DNA from: Takakia lepidozioides
Taxonomy: Eukaryota; Plantae; Bryophyta
Reading direction: 5' to 3'
Assembly: GCA_030704615.1 (NCBI GenBank)
Contig: CM060732.1
Location: 20,274,001-20,338,000, forward strand
Length of the DNA: 64,000 nt
Shown here: in pieces, positions 51,001 to 64,000 of the stretch
How positions within the stretch are numbered: position 1 is the first letter of the stretch
Layout: each line of letters starts with the position of its first letter
Translations under genes and position numbers: made by a program
The notes under the pieces: model-generated
Told to the model about the DNA's origin: nothing
Database searches by the model: none
Seen by the model: the letters and a program-made list of their open reading frames with translations, nothing else

Positions 51001-53328
51001 AACTGAAAGCAGGATAAAAGAAAGAAAATGGGGCCCAGCCCCAAAAATTACAAATCAACATTGAGAGAATCTTGAAGCTGAAGAGCCTCATGAAGATAGC
51101 TACCAGGCATCTCTGCCTTATACGTGAAGTCCTCTATTTGCTGTATCTGAATAGACAGTAGTAGAGATGAAATAGTACTTTATAACTTCCGTGGGCAGCT
51201 CAAAGAGCTTATGGGACAAGAGGAAGAAAGAAACAAGAAAAGAGAGAGGGGCCACAAACAAAAAGACAGAATAAGAGAAAGGAACTTGATAAGATAGAAG
51301 GACAATTTGATGAACATTTGTGTTCTGTTGAGGCACAGAAATGAAATGAAATGAAATGAAAGGTACCTTATAACGTCCGCGCAAAAAGAAAGGAAAAAGA
51401 GAAAGGGAACTTTCCAGTACCAAAGAAAGATGGAGGGAGAGAAGATAAAAAGGAAGAGAGAGAGAGCTGACCTCTTCCCTCCCAGACATGGTGAAGGTCT
51501 TCCCAGAACCTGTTTGCCCACATGCCATTACTGTGGATGAATAGCCCTCAAGCACCGAGTCCAACAATTTTTTCATCTTGATCTTTTGCATGACAACCTG
51601 TTGCTCTGCCGTTGGGCCGACACAGCCATCAAACTGCAACCATGTAATGCAACCGAAAAAAACCCCTTTAGCAAGAGTACTCCTTATGTCAACGGAAACT
51701 GAAAATGTGAAACCCCTGCATTCTCACATGAGCCACAAACTATATGTAATTTCATCCAAGTTAGAACTGGAGAAAGATGATTCAGTTGGTGGCAGTGTTG
51801 CATTACAGAAGCTCCAATGTAATCTTAGGGGATATTGAAGGCTAAGGCTCAACCCAAACTTTGTGCCTATGCACACCCAACTTCTCATAGACCTTTTCAT
51901 GTACGACTAGAGGAGGTCCCTCTCTTTTGAGGTAGGGTTCCGTTTTCCCCAATCCTAATAGGAATTTAGGGGTGACACCCCTCTCAACAAGCTCTTCTCT
52001 TACTTCATCTGGAGAAATATATTCACAGGCTTAAGAGGGCAGACTTTGTCTCTTCAAACAAGGCATGGCTTGAAGAGTTGTCAATGGCTCAAGTGATTTA
52101 CACTATAACACATTTTTTCTGTGTCCCAGTCTATCTTAGGCTCCATCTAACAGACCACTTTCACATTGGAAATATTTCATGGACTGATGTACATTCCCTG
52201 TTTTGTAGACTTACTTGGAAAGACCGAGTGGTGGTACTGTATCCATAGCCTTGCTCCAACACCTGAGTGACATCATAGTTGCCTGATTTAGAAATACACG
52301 GGTGAAAGGATGAAATCACATCCAGAAAAGAGAAAAAGAGAAGTGCAGGTAATATGTGTCATACAAGCAGTGCTATCATACAAAATCTCAAAAAATGCCT
52401 CCAGCACTTATTATACTGACATCCATGTCTGTGAGTGTAAGCTTGATGTGATACTATCAACCAATAAAAAGACTTCCATGGAGCTCCATCGACAACACAA
52501 AAAAATTTGATTCACACACCTTCATCCACCATCAGCTTGACATTTCTGGCATAGCCGAAACCCAATGGTCTTAGAACAGAGCAGGAAAGCCACCCATTCC
52601 ATTTACCTTCAAAGACCGTTCATCTTTTGAGACATTGATGCAACTGGTTTCTCCCTTGGCACACTCTTCTTTTGAGAGAGGTCTTACTCTCACATAAACT
52701 TCAATATTATTTCTCATAATATCCGAGTCACCACTCATTTGAGGTGATTTCGAACAGGTGTTTCCTGCGATATTTTACATATCAACTCAGATATTTGATG
52801 TTGAAGGCCAGGTCCTTTACAAGGTGAATTGCACTGCATTACAGCCTGCCTAGCCTAGATGACTCTCTCTCATGTGTCTTTCTTTATGTCTCTCCCCTGT
52901 CGCTTGTTCCAGCCAAACTGGGCGTGCGGTCTGGCTATGGCAAACAATGTCTTAGAGTACATTCTCTCGTGTCTCTCTGATTACCCACACTTGCCACTGT
53001 CTAAACAACCAGATCATGGTTCAAAAGGTGGTGAGATTAGTACCAGCAGAATGCAAGTGTTGCATCTGCTTCACAGTAGCAGAGTGTGACTCTTCTTGTA
53101 TAAAAAGTTTAAAATTGTGGAAAGTTCTGCTGCATGACACTACAACTTTGCTAAGCATTTCGATTGTGAAAGTTGACTATTTTTAATGTGGCTAAGGTAA
53201 TTCCAGATATTAACTTCCTAAGAAACTTCAAGGGATACAGAAGGCTCCAGTCAACAGGATTCACCTTCTTCCCTTCCATTGTAGTAATCGTTGTCATTAT
53301 CCCCTGATTTGACTGAGTATGTTGTCAT
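45040..53328 (-). CDS. Kinesin motor protein, KIF12/kinesin-16-like (cilium-associated class); exons 3' of ~47364 uncertain
   Basis: Phase-consistent exons: MTTYSV..(53328), [15 protein letters not shown]|[26 protein letters not shown]|[78 protein letters not shown], then coiled coil. The 'W....GFYVE.L' stretch resembles KIF12. The end could be ~46870 or 45040. Confidence 0.85.
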
Positions 53329-54300
53329 AGCTATCAGCCTCTTCCGAGCTCCTCAGTACACCCTGCTGTCTACAGATGCTCCTTCATTTGAACGAACTGC
53401 CTTCTCACATGCTGCACCACTGTTGTTGAAAGATTTGTATCCATGATGAGCTCCAAGTTCGATATTGGAGCAGACTGTCAGGTTGGATCACATATTTCCG
53501 AGTCTCTCATCATCCTTTATCTATTGTAACGTATAATGTCACTCCACATCAAGCTTTGGGGATTCAGTGGTATAATTCCAGCATGGAGACCGTGATTTGA
53601 ATGTCCAACAGACACATCTGTCAATATGCGACAGGATGATTGTTTCTCTAGAATGTTGCAATATGCAGTGTCGAGTATACGAAGCACCCGGAAACGTTTG
53701 TAATGTGAACTCGATTGTCAGCTGGGATACCACCAGCTACTTGTGTCAACCACCATGATAGTATCCACGTCTTCTTATCCAAACCAAAGAGCATATCAAA
53801 CCCAAACATTCTGCGGAGACAGGGCCTCATGCAAAGTGAGAAAGACAGAGAGAGGCCAAAGCGTATTTGCTAGCGGAAATGACGTTTCACGAGCAAGAAA
53901 CAGACTGCCAACCAGCACGCCAGCCACAAAATATCACAGACAGATACAGCGAACTACAGTGAAATTGATGAGAGAATTCACAGCTGGACAGCCCGGGAGA
54001 GAGCAAGAAACAGGAGAGAGGCGAGAATGGAGGGGTATCGTATCGTGTGGCAGTTGCCTGACACTTCGCGCGTCAACTGCCGCCATAGCTCACCGGCTCC
54101 TCTCGGTCGTGCACTTCCTTTTCTCCCTTGGTTTTCGGGCCATGTCAGACGCTCACCGATGAAACATGCCGATTCTGCTCATGGAGGATGAGATGATGAG
54201 GAATCCCCAGCGATGGTTGCATCCGGATGGACGGTGACAATCGCAACAATCGGTACTGTTGTGCAGAGGCAGATCTCGTAAACACTGCGCCATCAACTCT

Positions 54301-54308
54301 AAACCCTA
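54301..54308. promoter_or_regulatory. Telo-box in the divergent kinesin/SCO1 intergenic region
   Basis: AAACCCTA ~250 bp upstream of the SCO1 ATG. Confidence 0.4.
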
Positions 54309-54558
54309 CACCCTGAGCGAGATGCGAAGTTCGGAAGAACGACCCCACAATTCTGCCAGGATTGCGTAATTGTTCAATGTTTTTCATTTGCAAATTCGTT
54401 CCTCTTAATCTGTTGTTACGTGTGTGCAAGAGTACATCTGCACGCCAGCAAGCGTGGAATTTATCGGCTATACAAACACTCAGGCACATTGCCTTCATTC
54501 GCAGTGATCGAAGGTGGTTTATTGTTCACGCGCAGAGCTGTGATCTGACTTGAGAGTC

Positions 54559-57500
54559 ATGGCGGGAGTAAGGGCAAGAGCACGTCACTGCGTCCTTCTC
54601 AGTGCGATGTGGTCAAGGGGATACCGGACAATGTGTAGGGGGGGGTGGCTGAGAGAGGGCATGAGACACAGGCTCCATTCCTATGTGCCGGAAACGAATT
54701 CAGCTCAGGTACAGCAATAGACATTTAAATACAGATGAGATTTAGTGCCTGGCATTGGGGCGGGTGTATATGGCATGGGGGAACTTGAGGGGATTGTCGA
54801 GGAAAGAAATGTGTCCAAGATGTGGTCTCATTCCTGCTTCGATTTTGGCTGTGTCTACTGGTCGCAAGTACCTCTGGTGAAATAAGAACCAAATCTCAGC
54901 GAGGTATGAATGCACTCGGTTCTTACTTTCCGCTTCTTGGAAGTTGCATATTCTGATGTATCAAGTCTACATCTGTGGGGAAGACTTTACGATTCCGATC
55001 TTACCAGTCTTGCCGGGGCTTTAGACAAAAGGCCTCGCTGCGCTTTCTCAAAGTTATTGTTGACGACTTCGCTGCTATAAACGACCTAATGGCGAGACTG
55101 ACATGTAAGGAACGTACCTTCAACTCTAAACCCCAAACTCTAAGGCTGAACTGCAAGTGAGGTGATTTTTTAAGCATGACTCATAGTACCTAGTTGTATG
55201 CACTGTGAATTGCAGAGAGGAAAATATCCCTCGACTTGGCGCCGAACCATCACTAACTCTGGAGGCAATGAAGCTGGTAAGGACAGTGAAGAAGTTGTGA
55301 AGTTGATCACTGAAAGCCCAAGAGGACCACCACAAAGTGCAAGGGCCATTCGGGGTGGCGTACGTCAGTGCCTTTGTCTTTGATTGGTTAGTTGTTACTA
55401 TGTTGTATAAATTACTTGAAAGACAGAGAGAGAACCATGTCGTATTGTTCTTGGATTGAAGAAATTTTTAAATGTAGGTGATTTTCAACTTTTCTTCGGG
55501 CCCAAACACCACATTGGGATGCCAAACATTTCAGTAACTTTCTCAAAGCTATTGTATTGTCAGCACAGTGAATTCAATTCCAGATTCATGTCTGTAATGT
55601 GTGTAAGCTGGGTCTGCATGCTGAACGACACCATTACTGTTGAACAATGTGCAGCCAGTCTCATGGATAAGTCTTGGTCTCTTGATGGTGACGGGTGGGG
55701 GCCTGATTGCATACTGGGACCGTGAAAAGAGGCGCCAGCTTAAAGGTAGACCTCCAAGTGCATGGCAGTGGTGTACTGAGTTATAAACTTAAGTAGGATA
55801 TACTTGCTGCATGTACTGAAGACAATCCAGGAAAGGAGAGAGATGGGGAAGGGATGAGAGGTAGGTATCCTTATGTCCCCTGCCACTTTTCCTCTTTCTT
55901 CTTTGTGCAATCTGGCCTGGGGTCTATGGTGAGATGGCTAAGGAAGCATACAGTGACGGTTTTCATGCCAAAATTTCAGCATAGGAATCTGTACAGCCAC
56001 TTTAGAGGTTCTCAGATTTGAACACAGGCATTCCCTTCACGAGTGGTGTGTTCCATATGCAGTTATTACTTCAGATGCACCAGCTGAGGCCAAGCATGGT
56101 CCAGGAGTTGGGAAGGCTGCAATTGGGGGTCCCTTTAAATTGGTGAACCAGGATGGAAAAGTGGTGACTGACCGCGATTTTGTTGGCAACTGGAATCTTA
56201 TCTACTTTGGGTTCACGTACTGTCCAGATATCTGCCCAGACGAGCTTACAAAAATGGCAGAGGCCATTGACAAGATAGGTCCATCCTCTATCCTTGGCAT
56301 ATGTTTACGTGCTCTAATGTGAAAAGAGGAGAGTTTATGTCTTCGTCAGCCTTCTACTGATTACCGTGGGTGTCTATCTTAATGAAGAGAAACTTTCAGA
56401 TGTCAAGAATATGTTCAGAGGGAAGTCCAGGGAGACATTTGGGTAGTTAGTTCTGTTCCCTTCATCATTTGGCTTCCATTAGCTGCCAGTTGTTGTCAGT
56501 GCATCACTGGTGACTGGTAAAAGAGAGAGGTTCGGTAACAGTGGGGCTTGGGTGGAATGCAGAGAAGGAGTCAGGATTGCAGGTTGTGCCGGTCTTCATT
56601 TCCATTGATCCTGAGCGTGACACTGTGGAACAGATTCGAGATTACTTAAAAGGTTCCTCTGTTTCCTGAACCACTCAAACTCGTCCACCCCCTCCTCTCT
56701 CTCCTTCTATTGTTTGCATTCTATGGTTTTACTCTCATCTCTTGGTCCTTTGATCGTACCACCGACATACTAACTTTATTTTTATCTCTCTGTCTACTTC
56801 TCTTGTTGTCAAAAAGCTACTTAAGCATGCTGGTGATCCTATGGCAGAGGCCCTTTTCCTCCTCTTTTACCTTATTTGGAAGACTGAAGTGATACCCTTT
56901 TGCTGTAGAGAGTGTCATTGTCAATCTGTGTAAGAAAGGCAACTACCATGGCAGTACACTTCTTAGCGCAGTTGGCAAGCTGTTTTGTAGGAAAATAAAC
57001 ACCCATCTCAAGGTTCATTTGGAGTCTAGAAGTGTTTCCCATGAAGGTGATGCGGGATTCTACCTCAGGACTTTTGAGTCCTTGGGGAGTTTTGGGCAAC
57101 CGCATTGCCCTGGCCGTCAGGTGTCCACCAAACAGAAGGCAGTAATCCTTTAGGGTGAAGTGACACCAGTATTTACGCTTGCTTTGGTTGGAGTAAAACC
57201 TTTCGTTGAACCTAAAGCCCTGGGCCTGTTGCAGTCAGCTCACACACAGCAGATTGATGCTTGAGCGAAGGGCTTTCTAGAGGAAATCCTAACCAATTGT
57301 ACATACCAAGTCCCACGTTGAGCCCCTCACAAAGGCAGTGTCTGTTCCCTCTTGTTCCTCCCAAACTGGGCGTGGAGAGTATGGCCACAAGGCTGCGGCA
57401 AACAATGGCTCATGAGCACATTCTCTTATCTTCACAAGACCCTCCATCTTGCATTGCTGCTTTTGTTTGTTACGCACTTTTGTTCAGCAGAGTTATGATT

Positions 57501-58787
57501 TTTTTCTTTCCTCCTTTCTTTCTATTTCTCCCTGTATATGTTCAAACTTACTGAGGAGGAGGGAAGACCTTCGATCAAATTCTGTGCCCCCCTCCCCCCA
57601 CAATAGACATTATATCTTTCTTTGTCTCTCTGTAACACTCACTTACAAAATGGCTGGCACACTGACGATTCTATAAATTGGTTGGTCCTTTAAGAAGGGG
57701 TGGACACTGTGGTCCTCTTCTGTAATTAGTCCAAGTCGTTGTTCTTATTCTGGTTGTTTTTCCGTAAACTTAGCTGGTTATCAACATAGTTTACTAGGGT
57801 GTCTTACATTTACGATTTGAGGTAAACTTCATGGTAGATAGTTGAAAGCATGTGATCTCACTGAAAGACCAAATTTGGATAAATTACTGTATTTTAAGCA
57901 TCCTAACTATGTTACTGATCCTCTGTACGCGGTTGGATATGGTGCAGAGTTTCATCCAAGATTGGTGGGCCTGACGGGCAGCGTGGATGATATCCGACAA
58001 GTGGCGCGCGAGTACAGGGTGTACTACATGAAGACTGAGGATGAGGGCGATGACTACCTTGTTGATCATTCCATCATAATGTACGTAAGCTGACCACTAT
58101 GTACTCTCTAGGTGTGTACAGGAAATGAGCTGTGATAACCTCAAGACAAGACCATGTGTTGGTGCCCTTTTGAGACCATGGCTCTGAGGTTGCCATCTGA
58201 GAATTGAGGGGAAAAAGGAGCTTTACATGAAGTGTCCAAGGGACAATCGACATGAAGAAGATGACGGCACCTGTTAGGCCTTAAACTTGAAATTTGTGGA
58301 AACTGATTCCCTAAAATTAACTGATTGTGCCATGAACAAACCTTCATGCAATGTGGGAATCGCACCAGCAAGGGTCTTAGTCCCTTCGATCGTTCTAGTC
58401 TCAAGTGCCTCTGACCATCAGAAGTTGCTTGTATTGCTTAGTAGTGTGATTTTTTAATTCCACCTATTATGCGTATTCCAGGATCATGTGCACTGAAGCA
58501 TGTTTGCTCTGCCATTTGTGTCGCTATGGTTTGCAACCCAACTCTGTCCTAGGTACTACAGTGAGTAAGAGAGTCTGCCATTTCAGGAGCCAAGTGGCAA
58601 TGTCCTGTATGTTCTATGCTTTTCTAATCTGGGTTTGTGTATGGTCACCTGCAGGTACTTGATGGACCCAAACATGGACTTCGTAAAGTTCTTTGGGAAG
58701 AACTACACTGCAGATTCACTTGCTCATGGGGTGATTGAAGAGATGAAGAATGTCAAAGAAGAAAAAACAGGTGTACTCATGCGGTAG
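54559..58787 (+). CDS. SCO1: Mitochondrial copper chaperone SCO1 homolog (HCC1-like); ~7 exons
   Basis: Arg-rich presequence [10 protein letters not shown]..; GG|[27 protein letters not shown] segment; [11 protein letters not shown]; [15 protein letters not shown] (CxxxC); [12 protein letters not shown]; [11 protein letters not shown]; YLVDHSIIM|[13 protein letters not shown]; stop 58785-58787. Confidence 0.96.
56890..57430 (+). mobile_element. LINE 3' fragment in a SCO1 intron, same family as the golgin-intron copy at ~9860-10080
   Basis: Shares cctaaagccctggg..cagctcacacacagc..aagggctttctagag..gagcccctcacaaagg..cccaaactgggc..ggccacaag with the reverse complement of 9860-10080, and ends ggcaaacaa..atgagcacattctc. 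Confidence 0.75.
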
Positions 58788-60014
58788 ATTTGACCTGAAA
58801 ACCATGTCTCTCTTGAAAACCTTATTAAAATGGATATCCAGTTGCAAGCTTCATATCTTGCTTTCTTCCCAGGTGATTAACAATGACTGAATACGCTGAT
58901 TAAAGTCAGTTTGTCTGCCAGTTCGAGTAGAATTGTTCCCTCATTAGTATGGCTAATCTGCACTTTTCTTGGAGGTAGAATCTTTTGGATTGGATCTCTC
59001 AGACTAAGAGAATCAGAACCCGGTTAGGGTTGAACCACAAATTTGGCTTGTGGGTAGTGGATTACTGTCTGACGTAAAGCTTTAGGGGAGATGAGATGTT
59101 CTTCCCAGTTACCGATGTTTTAGACTCTAAAATGTAAGGGCAGTGCAGGGGATCATGTTATCAATTAATCCAAGTCTGGGGTTTGAAATGCTCAGGACTC
59201 TCAACCTGTTGGGCACCTACTTCAAGACTCATGTTCCTTCCACTCAGTTGGCAACATTGCAGGAGGAGCTCAAACAAGAGTTTGAGGCAAGAATTGTCAC
59301 TGAGTGTGCAAACAAGGTCAGGACCCCAGAATTTAAAGGAAATGTGACTCAATAAACATGTTTTTGGAAGTTGACTTGACCCAGAGCTCTTGCACATTGT
59401 GACCTGCAAGCGCTTGGAAGAATATCTTCTTTTATTTGGCTAGCATAGGATTTGTCGGAAAACAACACTTGAAAGTTTGTGTATATAAACTTTTGAAAGC
59501 TCCAACACTCTTTCCAAGGCATTTTTCTAAATATGGAGTGCTAATCAATTAAAAGAGGTGGAAAAAATAACCATTGAAAGGTGGTGACGCTTATCCCCCT
59601 CGCGGGGTTGGTATAGTGTGAGCACAACGTTGGCAGGATAAACAACTCACTTGAGCACAATCCACGGCTATAGGGGTGATATGTTGACTCCTTGGAATCT
59701 ATATATAGAGAATATACTCATAAGACGATGTTTGCCTTAGCCTCTATATGTAGGGCCCATGCAAAACTTACACATACAACTTAGAAATCCATGAAAAGTG
59801 AAGGACCCTCACATACGCTCATCCCAAAAACCACCACATCCAACAGAATGTGTGTTAGTGAGGATGCACAAGGTGAGTAAACCAGCACATGGGCAATAAA
59901 TCCCACAAGGCCCTAGGCCAGGGAATGACTTTTGCAACAAGTGTCTACTTGTCAATTTTAGGACAAACATAGGAAAAAAACACTTTAACCCACCTGAAAT
60001 ATTCTGCCCAAGAT

Positions 60015-60018
<4 letters not shown>

Positions 60019-60045
<27 letters not shown>
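60019..60045. repeat. (GA)n microsatellite
   Basis: About 13 uninterrupted GA units. Confidence 0.9.
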
Positions 60046-60048
<3 letters not shown>

Positions 60049-62253
60049 GGCTTGTCTTGTCTAGACAAAGTAAGGATCTGTCCGTACATGTTCAAACCAG
60101 ATTTTCTAAAGACAATACAGCCTTCAAAGAATGCACCATCACTGACCTTCTAATTTCATACTCAAGACAGAGGCGGTTGGGGTGGGAGGTTGGATTTTCT
60201 CTACTAACCTCCGTGCTTCCTTCATTGCTCAAACACCTCCTTTCTTCCAAAATATACTTTCAACAAAGCTTAGAGGTTTTAGTTTTTAGGTCAAGACCAT
60301 AAACCACTTAGCTATCTTTTCTTAGTTAACTACTCATGTACTCACCGAGAGTTAATTGCAAGAAAGTAAAACATAGTATCATAGCTATATTAGACTTTTT
60401 AGTCCAAGCAAGCAAAAGTTAAATAAAAAGAAATCAAGAGATAGAACTCATCACTAGCATCCTTTTGTGCAGACATTACTGCTGTAATATCATATTCAGC
60501 AAAGAAAGTCCGTCTATTTCTCTTTACATCCATGCACAGTAATGTGTTCATGTCAGTATTATATATAACCCAAAGAGTATTCCACTGATGTTGATTGACC
60601 ATCATTCATGATCATGATACACATTCAGAGGTCTGGGTGGGATGGCGGGTACTTGGCCATATTTTGGTGGCCTTGATGTGGTGCAGGTCAAATGGTCATA
60701 CAGATTTATTGTCCGCAAGCTGTAATCCAAGCATACTTACTCAAACCCCATGGGTGTCATGGAGGGTTTATTTAAAAAAAAGGAAAATAACACTTTGATA
60801 TTACAGATTTAAATAACTGCCAGTATTTGTTTAAACTGGTCTGCAGCACAGCTTGCCCCCATAGGGGAGGGGGATATGTCTAGTAAGTTTTCCAGAATAC
60901 CCCTATACCATTATTTCTTGCTACAGCTGAAAATCAAAGTTCATGACACAGCAAGGTAAAAATAAAGGACTGCATACACATCCTGTGACAGTATATGATA
61001 CTGTCAGCACACCCTATTTACATCATTCCACGTTTGACCATGTCATTACACCATGTCCAGGGGGTATTTCCACTTAACCACCCTGGCTGCCTCAAAAACC
61101 AGTTACCAACTATATTGCTGCCATATTTTCAGTGTCAGCCGAATAGCCACAGGCAGAATCTTCACCATACCCTGGCCTAAGCATCTAGCTAACAAAGCCA
61201 TCCGGGTTGGAACATAACAGGGGTATTTTACCATCAGGGGTACCTGAGTAGCTGCAACAAACAGTTCTTTGCAGCCTCTCCTTTTGTTTCCAACTACCAT
61301 AAGGCAAGCAAAGCAAACTAGTGCCTGAAAAACAGATGTGTGTCTCACACAAGCCATCATAAACACGGCTGTCACAGCCAAGCAAAGGTCTTCCACTGGC
61401 TGGGCCGAAATAGCCCACCTTAAACAACACTATACTTGTTCTTCATAGATAACAGAAAGAGGTAGGATCAAGAAAAACCATAGAGTGATTTAGTTTTTCA
61501 ACATTTTAAGATGAGTCCATGGCCAGCGATTCCTTCCCCAGCTCTGCAACCCACTTGGCATCCAGCAGCACCTAGACATCAGTATATTAAGTGGAAGCCC
61601 TCACCTGTGCCCGTCCCAAAAACAACCACAACGCATTGTGAGTTAGTGAGGATGCACAAGATGAGTAGCAGGCTTCCACACTTGCTATCGAGGTCAAATA
61701 CACTTGAATCTAAGCACAGAGAATGCCAAAGAAAGCAGGGAAGCAAGACAAATAGAAAAAGAACCTTTTTTACTATTTGGGGGATGGTCGCCATCTCTCC
61801 ACAAGCCCAACCGTGCAGGGAGGTCTTCGCCAACACCACAACACTGCTACCTTAACCAAAGCAAAGTCTTCCCAAGCACAAGAAAAAAGAGCTTTGTCTC
61901 ATAAGGTAGGGTTTATAAAGGGAGGGAGAGAGAGACTTCCTTGTTCTACCAAGACGTCGTCATTCATCAAAGATCCAGAGGAGGGCTCCCAGGGAAACTT
62001 CACAAGCAGGCAGGTGGTACCTCCGCCATCACTACCTTTGTTCCCTTGTGCAGCAAAAAAACAAACAAATGAGACAGTGAATCTTCCCTCATCTCTAAGC
62101 CACCGCCATCGCCTTAAAGAGCCCGCAGAGGCGGCGCTCACAAGAGCCTTAAACACTCCAGGGATTGGCAGCTCATGGTATCTGTAGCACGAGCACCATC
62201 GCCACCTCCAAGCCGCCATCGCGCACACTTTTGCAGCGCAAAAAGAAAGACAT

Positions 62254-62688
62254 TAGGGTTGCGCAGGGCTTTTACCCTGTCCGGCTCATCATTCATCCTT
62301 CTTATGATGAAAAATATCCGCCAGCCCATACGCCCGACGGACGTTGTCCGTTTCTCATTCGCAGAAGATGAAAAACATCGTGTGTTCATCCTGTCTTGAA
62401 CTCGACGGATGCAGTCCATTTTTCATCTAGGTTAGATGAAAAACATCGGGGTTTTTTTTTAATTTTATTTATACATGTCTTGTCCCGTATTTAGGTCCTG
62501 CCAGATAACGACCTTTTTTCATCCAGGTTGGATTGAAAAAATATAAATGACGGGAGTTTTGCAATCAGTATATTCCGGGTTGATGTCCGGATGAAGCAAA
62601 AACCTCACAGGTATTAATGAAGAAATGTCTCACTAGGGAAAAATGGATGTATTCTGGATGAAAAACATCTAAATTCCCTGCAACCCAA
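62254..62688. mobile_element. Putative non-autonomous hAT-like element
   Basis: Imperfect TIRs TAGGGTTGCGCAGGG ... CCCTGCAACCCAA, with repeated GATGAAAAA/TTTTCATC motifs in both orientations. No TSD recognised. Confidence 0.45.
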
Positions 62689-63019
62689 TTTTTCAATTTC
62701 TTCAATGATGGAAGTTGGGACAACAATTCCATAAACCCAGTTTCCAGAGGGAGAGAGAGGGACAAAGAGAGACAAAGAGAGGGAGTGAGAGGGAGAGATC
62801 AGGAAACAAAAAAAACAAAAAAAATGTGGGGGGGGGAGTGACTGAGCAGGTGGTGTGAGCAGCTGCTGTTGCTGCTCAGTCCCCCCCCCCACCTTTTTCT
62901 TTTCTCTTTGTTGCCCCCTCTCGAGACCCCCAGCACTTGCTGCTCCCAGCCCCCGACATGCTTGGTTTTTTTTGTTTATGATTTGGAATGTAGAGGTTGT
63001 TTCCTAATGAGGCCAACTT

Positions 63020-63989
63020 GTGGGTTTGCATGACAGGTGCCAGCTTATGGGGAAAGAGAAGAAGTCCCCTGCCCCAAAGAAAGGGGCGGACAATCCGTTT
63101 GCTTTGTCGGCACGTGTGACGCGCCAGGGCGTTTCACAGTTTACCAGCTCCGTCGACAGCCGCAGCTGGAGGGCTCGTCTGCCTCCCGAGGCCAGTACCC
63201 CCCCTCTTGTCCCCATCTTGGATGCGCCACGGGCCGGCTCAGCCAGCTCTCCTATTCGGGAGGTTGTTGCTGAGCCGGATGCTCAGTTGAGCACACCCCC
63301 GGCCACCAAGACGGGTGAAATGTACCTTGGCAAGCACATCACCCGTTCGGGGGCCCGGTATAGGCAACTTTTGGATGTCACCCCCATAGCGACCCCTTCC
63401 TCCGCAGCAAAGGCTGCACTTGCCAAGGCCCAACGTCAGGTTCAAGGGCCTTTGAAAGTGGTCGTTGCTAGCCCAATGTTGTCGATGAGGGGGGAGGACA
63501 CGAGGAGGGCCAATGAAGTGGCCGAGATAGCGAAGCGCCTTGAAGTAGTCAAGCCGGGTGAGGGCTTCTACCCTGCTACACATTTTTTTTTTTTGGGGGG
63601 GGGAGGAGGAGGTATGGGCCGGTTTGGAGCGGCCTAGCCGATCAGCGACGCCGCCCCCTAAGCCTGAGCGGTCAGCAAAGAAGGGCCTGGACTACGGGGC
63701 GCCGCCGCCGGCTATGCTCCACATCTGGAATCTATTTCCAGTGGCGCTGAAGGAGGCTACAAAGAAGGGAGAAGGTGGGAAGAAGAACATGGCCTTGGCG
63801 ATAGAGGACGTGGAGTTGGCAAAGATCGTGGTGCCACTGGTGGAGGTGAATCACCATGGTGACCCCTGCGGTGCGTTCTGGGAGGCTATGAAGAAGCCAG
63901 CCTTCGAACTCGCAATGAGGTGGTTCCCTTTGCACATTGAGTGGGCTGATCAGCACTTTGGCGCGAAGCGGGCGTATGCTCGTGAGTAG
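63020..63989 (+). CDS. GC-rich coding-like stretch of unknown identity: two overlapping ORFs across a poly-T/poly-G run; possibly TE-derived
   Basis: ORFs 63020-63637 and 63558-63989 have protein-like composition; no motif recognised. Confidence 0.3.
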
Positions 63990-64000
63990 ACCGCCGGTTT

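Noticed and set aside
55865-55873. GTATCCTTA as a U12-type donor in SCO1
   Set aside because: Lies mid-intron; the gene splices in phase without it.
59143-59355. Exon-like coding stretch after SCO1 (similar case at 17630-17790)
   Set aside because: No partner exons or recognisable family.
1-64000. CRISPR arrays, rRNA or tRNA genes, prokaryotic operons
   Set aside because: None seen; the window is spliced eukaryotic genes plus plant transposons.

Overview
Eukaryotic, intron-rich nuclear DNA from a land plant. It is most likely a seed-free lineage with flagellated sperm (hornwort, lycophyte, fern or similar), inferred from a KIF12/kinesin-16-type motor and plant-type genes. Host genes, rebuilt by hand from splice sites because the ORF track misses most exons: two paralogous 25-aa ribosomal protein L41 genes (minus strand, 1734-2139 and 16943-17364); between them a ~21-exon golgin-84/GC1 gene (2473-14831); a kinesin-16-like gene (minus, ~45-53.3 kb); and, head-to-head with it, a mitochondrial SCO1/HCC1 gene (54559-58787). 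A ~26 kb transposon island (17.8-43.6 kb) holds four elements. (1) A truncated Copia. (2) A two-LTR Copia with a half-tRNA-iMet-type PBS, a deleted integrase core and an internal inversion. (3) A Gypsy element with a tRNA-Ala-like PBS, an extra Cys-rich ORF before gag, a dUTPase-like domain and an odd LTR-circle-junction-like join. (4) Nested in the Gypsy, a 9.6 kb CACTA transposon with both termini present, whose second, divergently oriented gene appears to fuse an FCP1/NIF-type HAD phosphatase domain to a TnpA-like C-terminal domain. This phosphatase-carrying CACTA is the best candidate for something undescribed. Introns carry 3' remnants of non-LTR retroelements and a 65-bp-stem hairpin. 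All family assignments come from motif recognition by eye; no searches were run.
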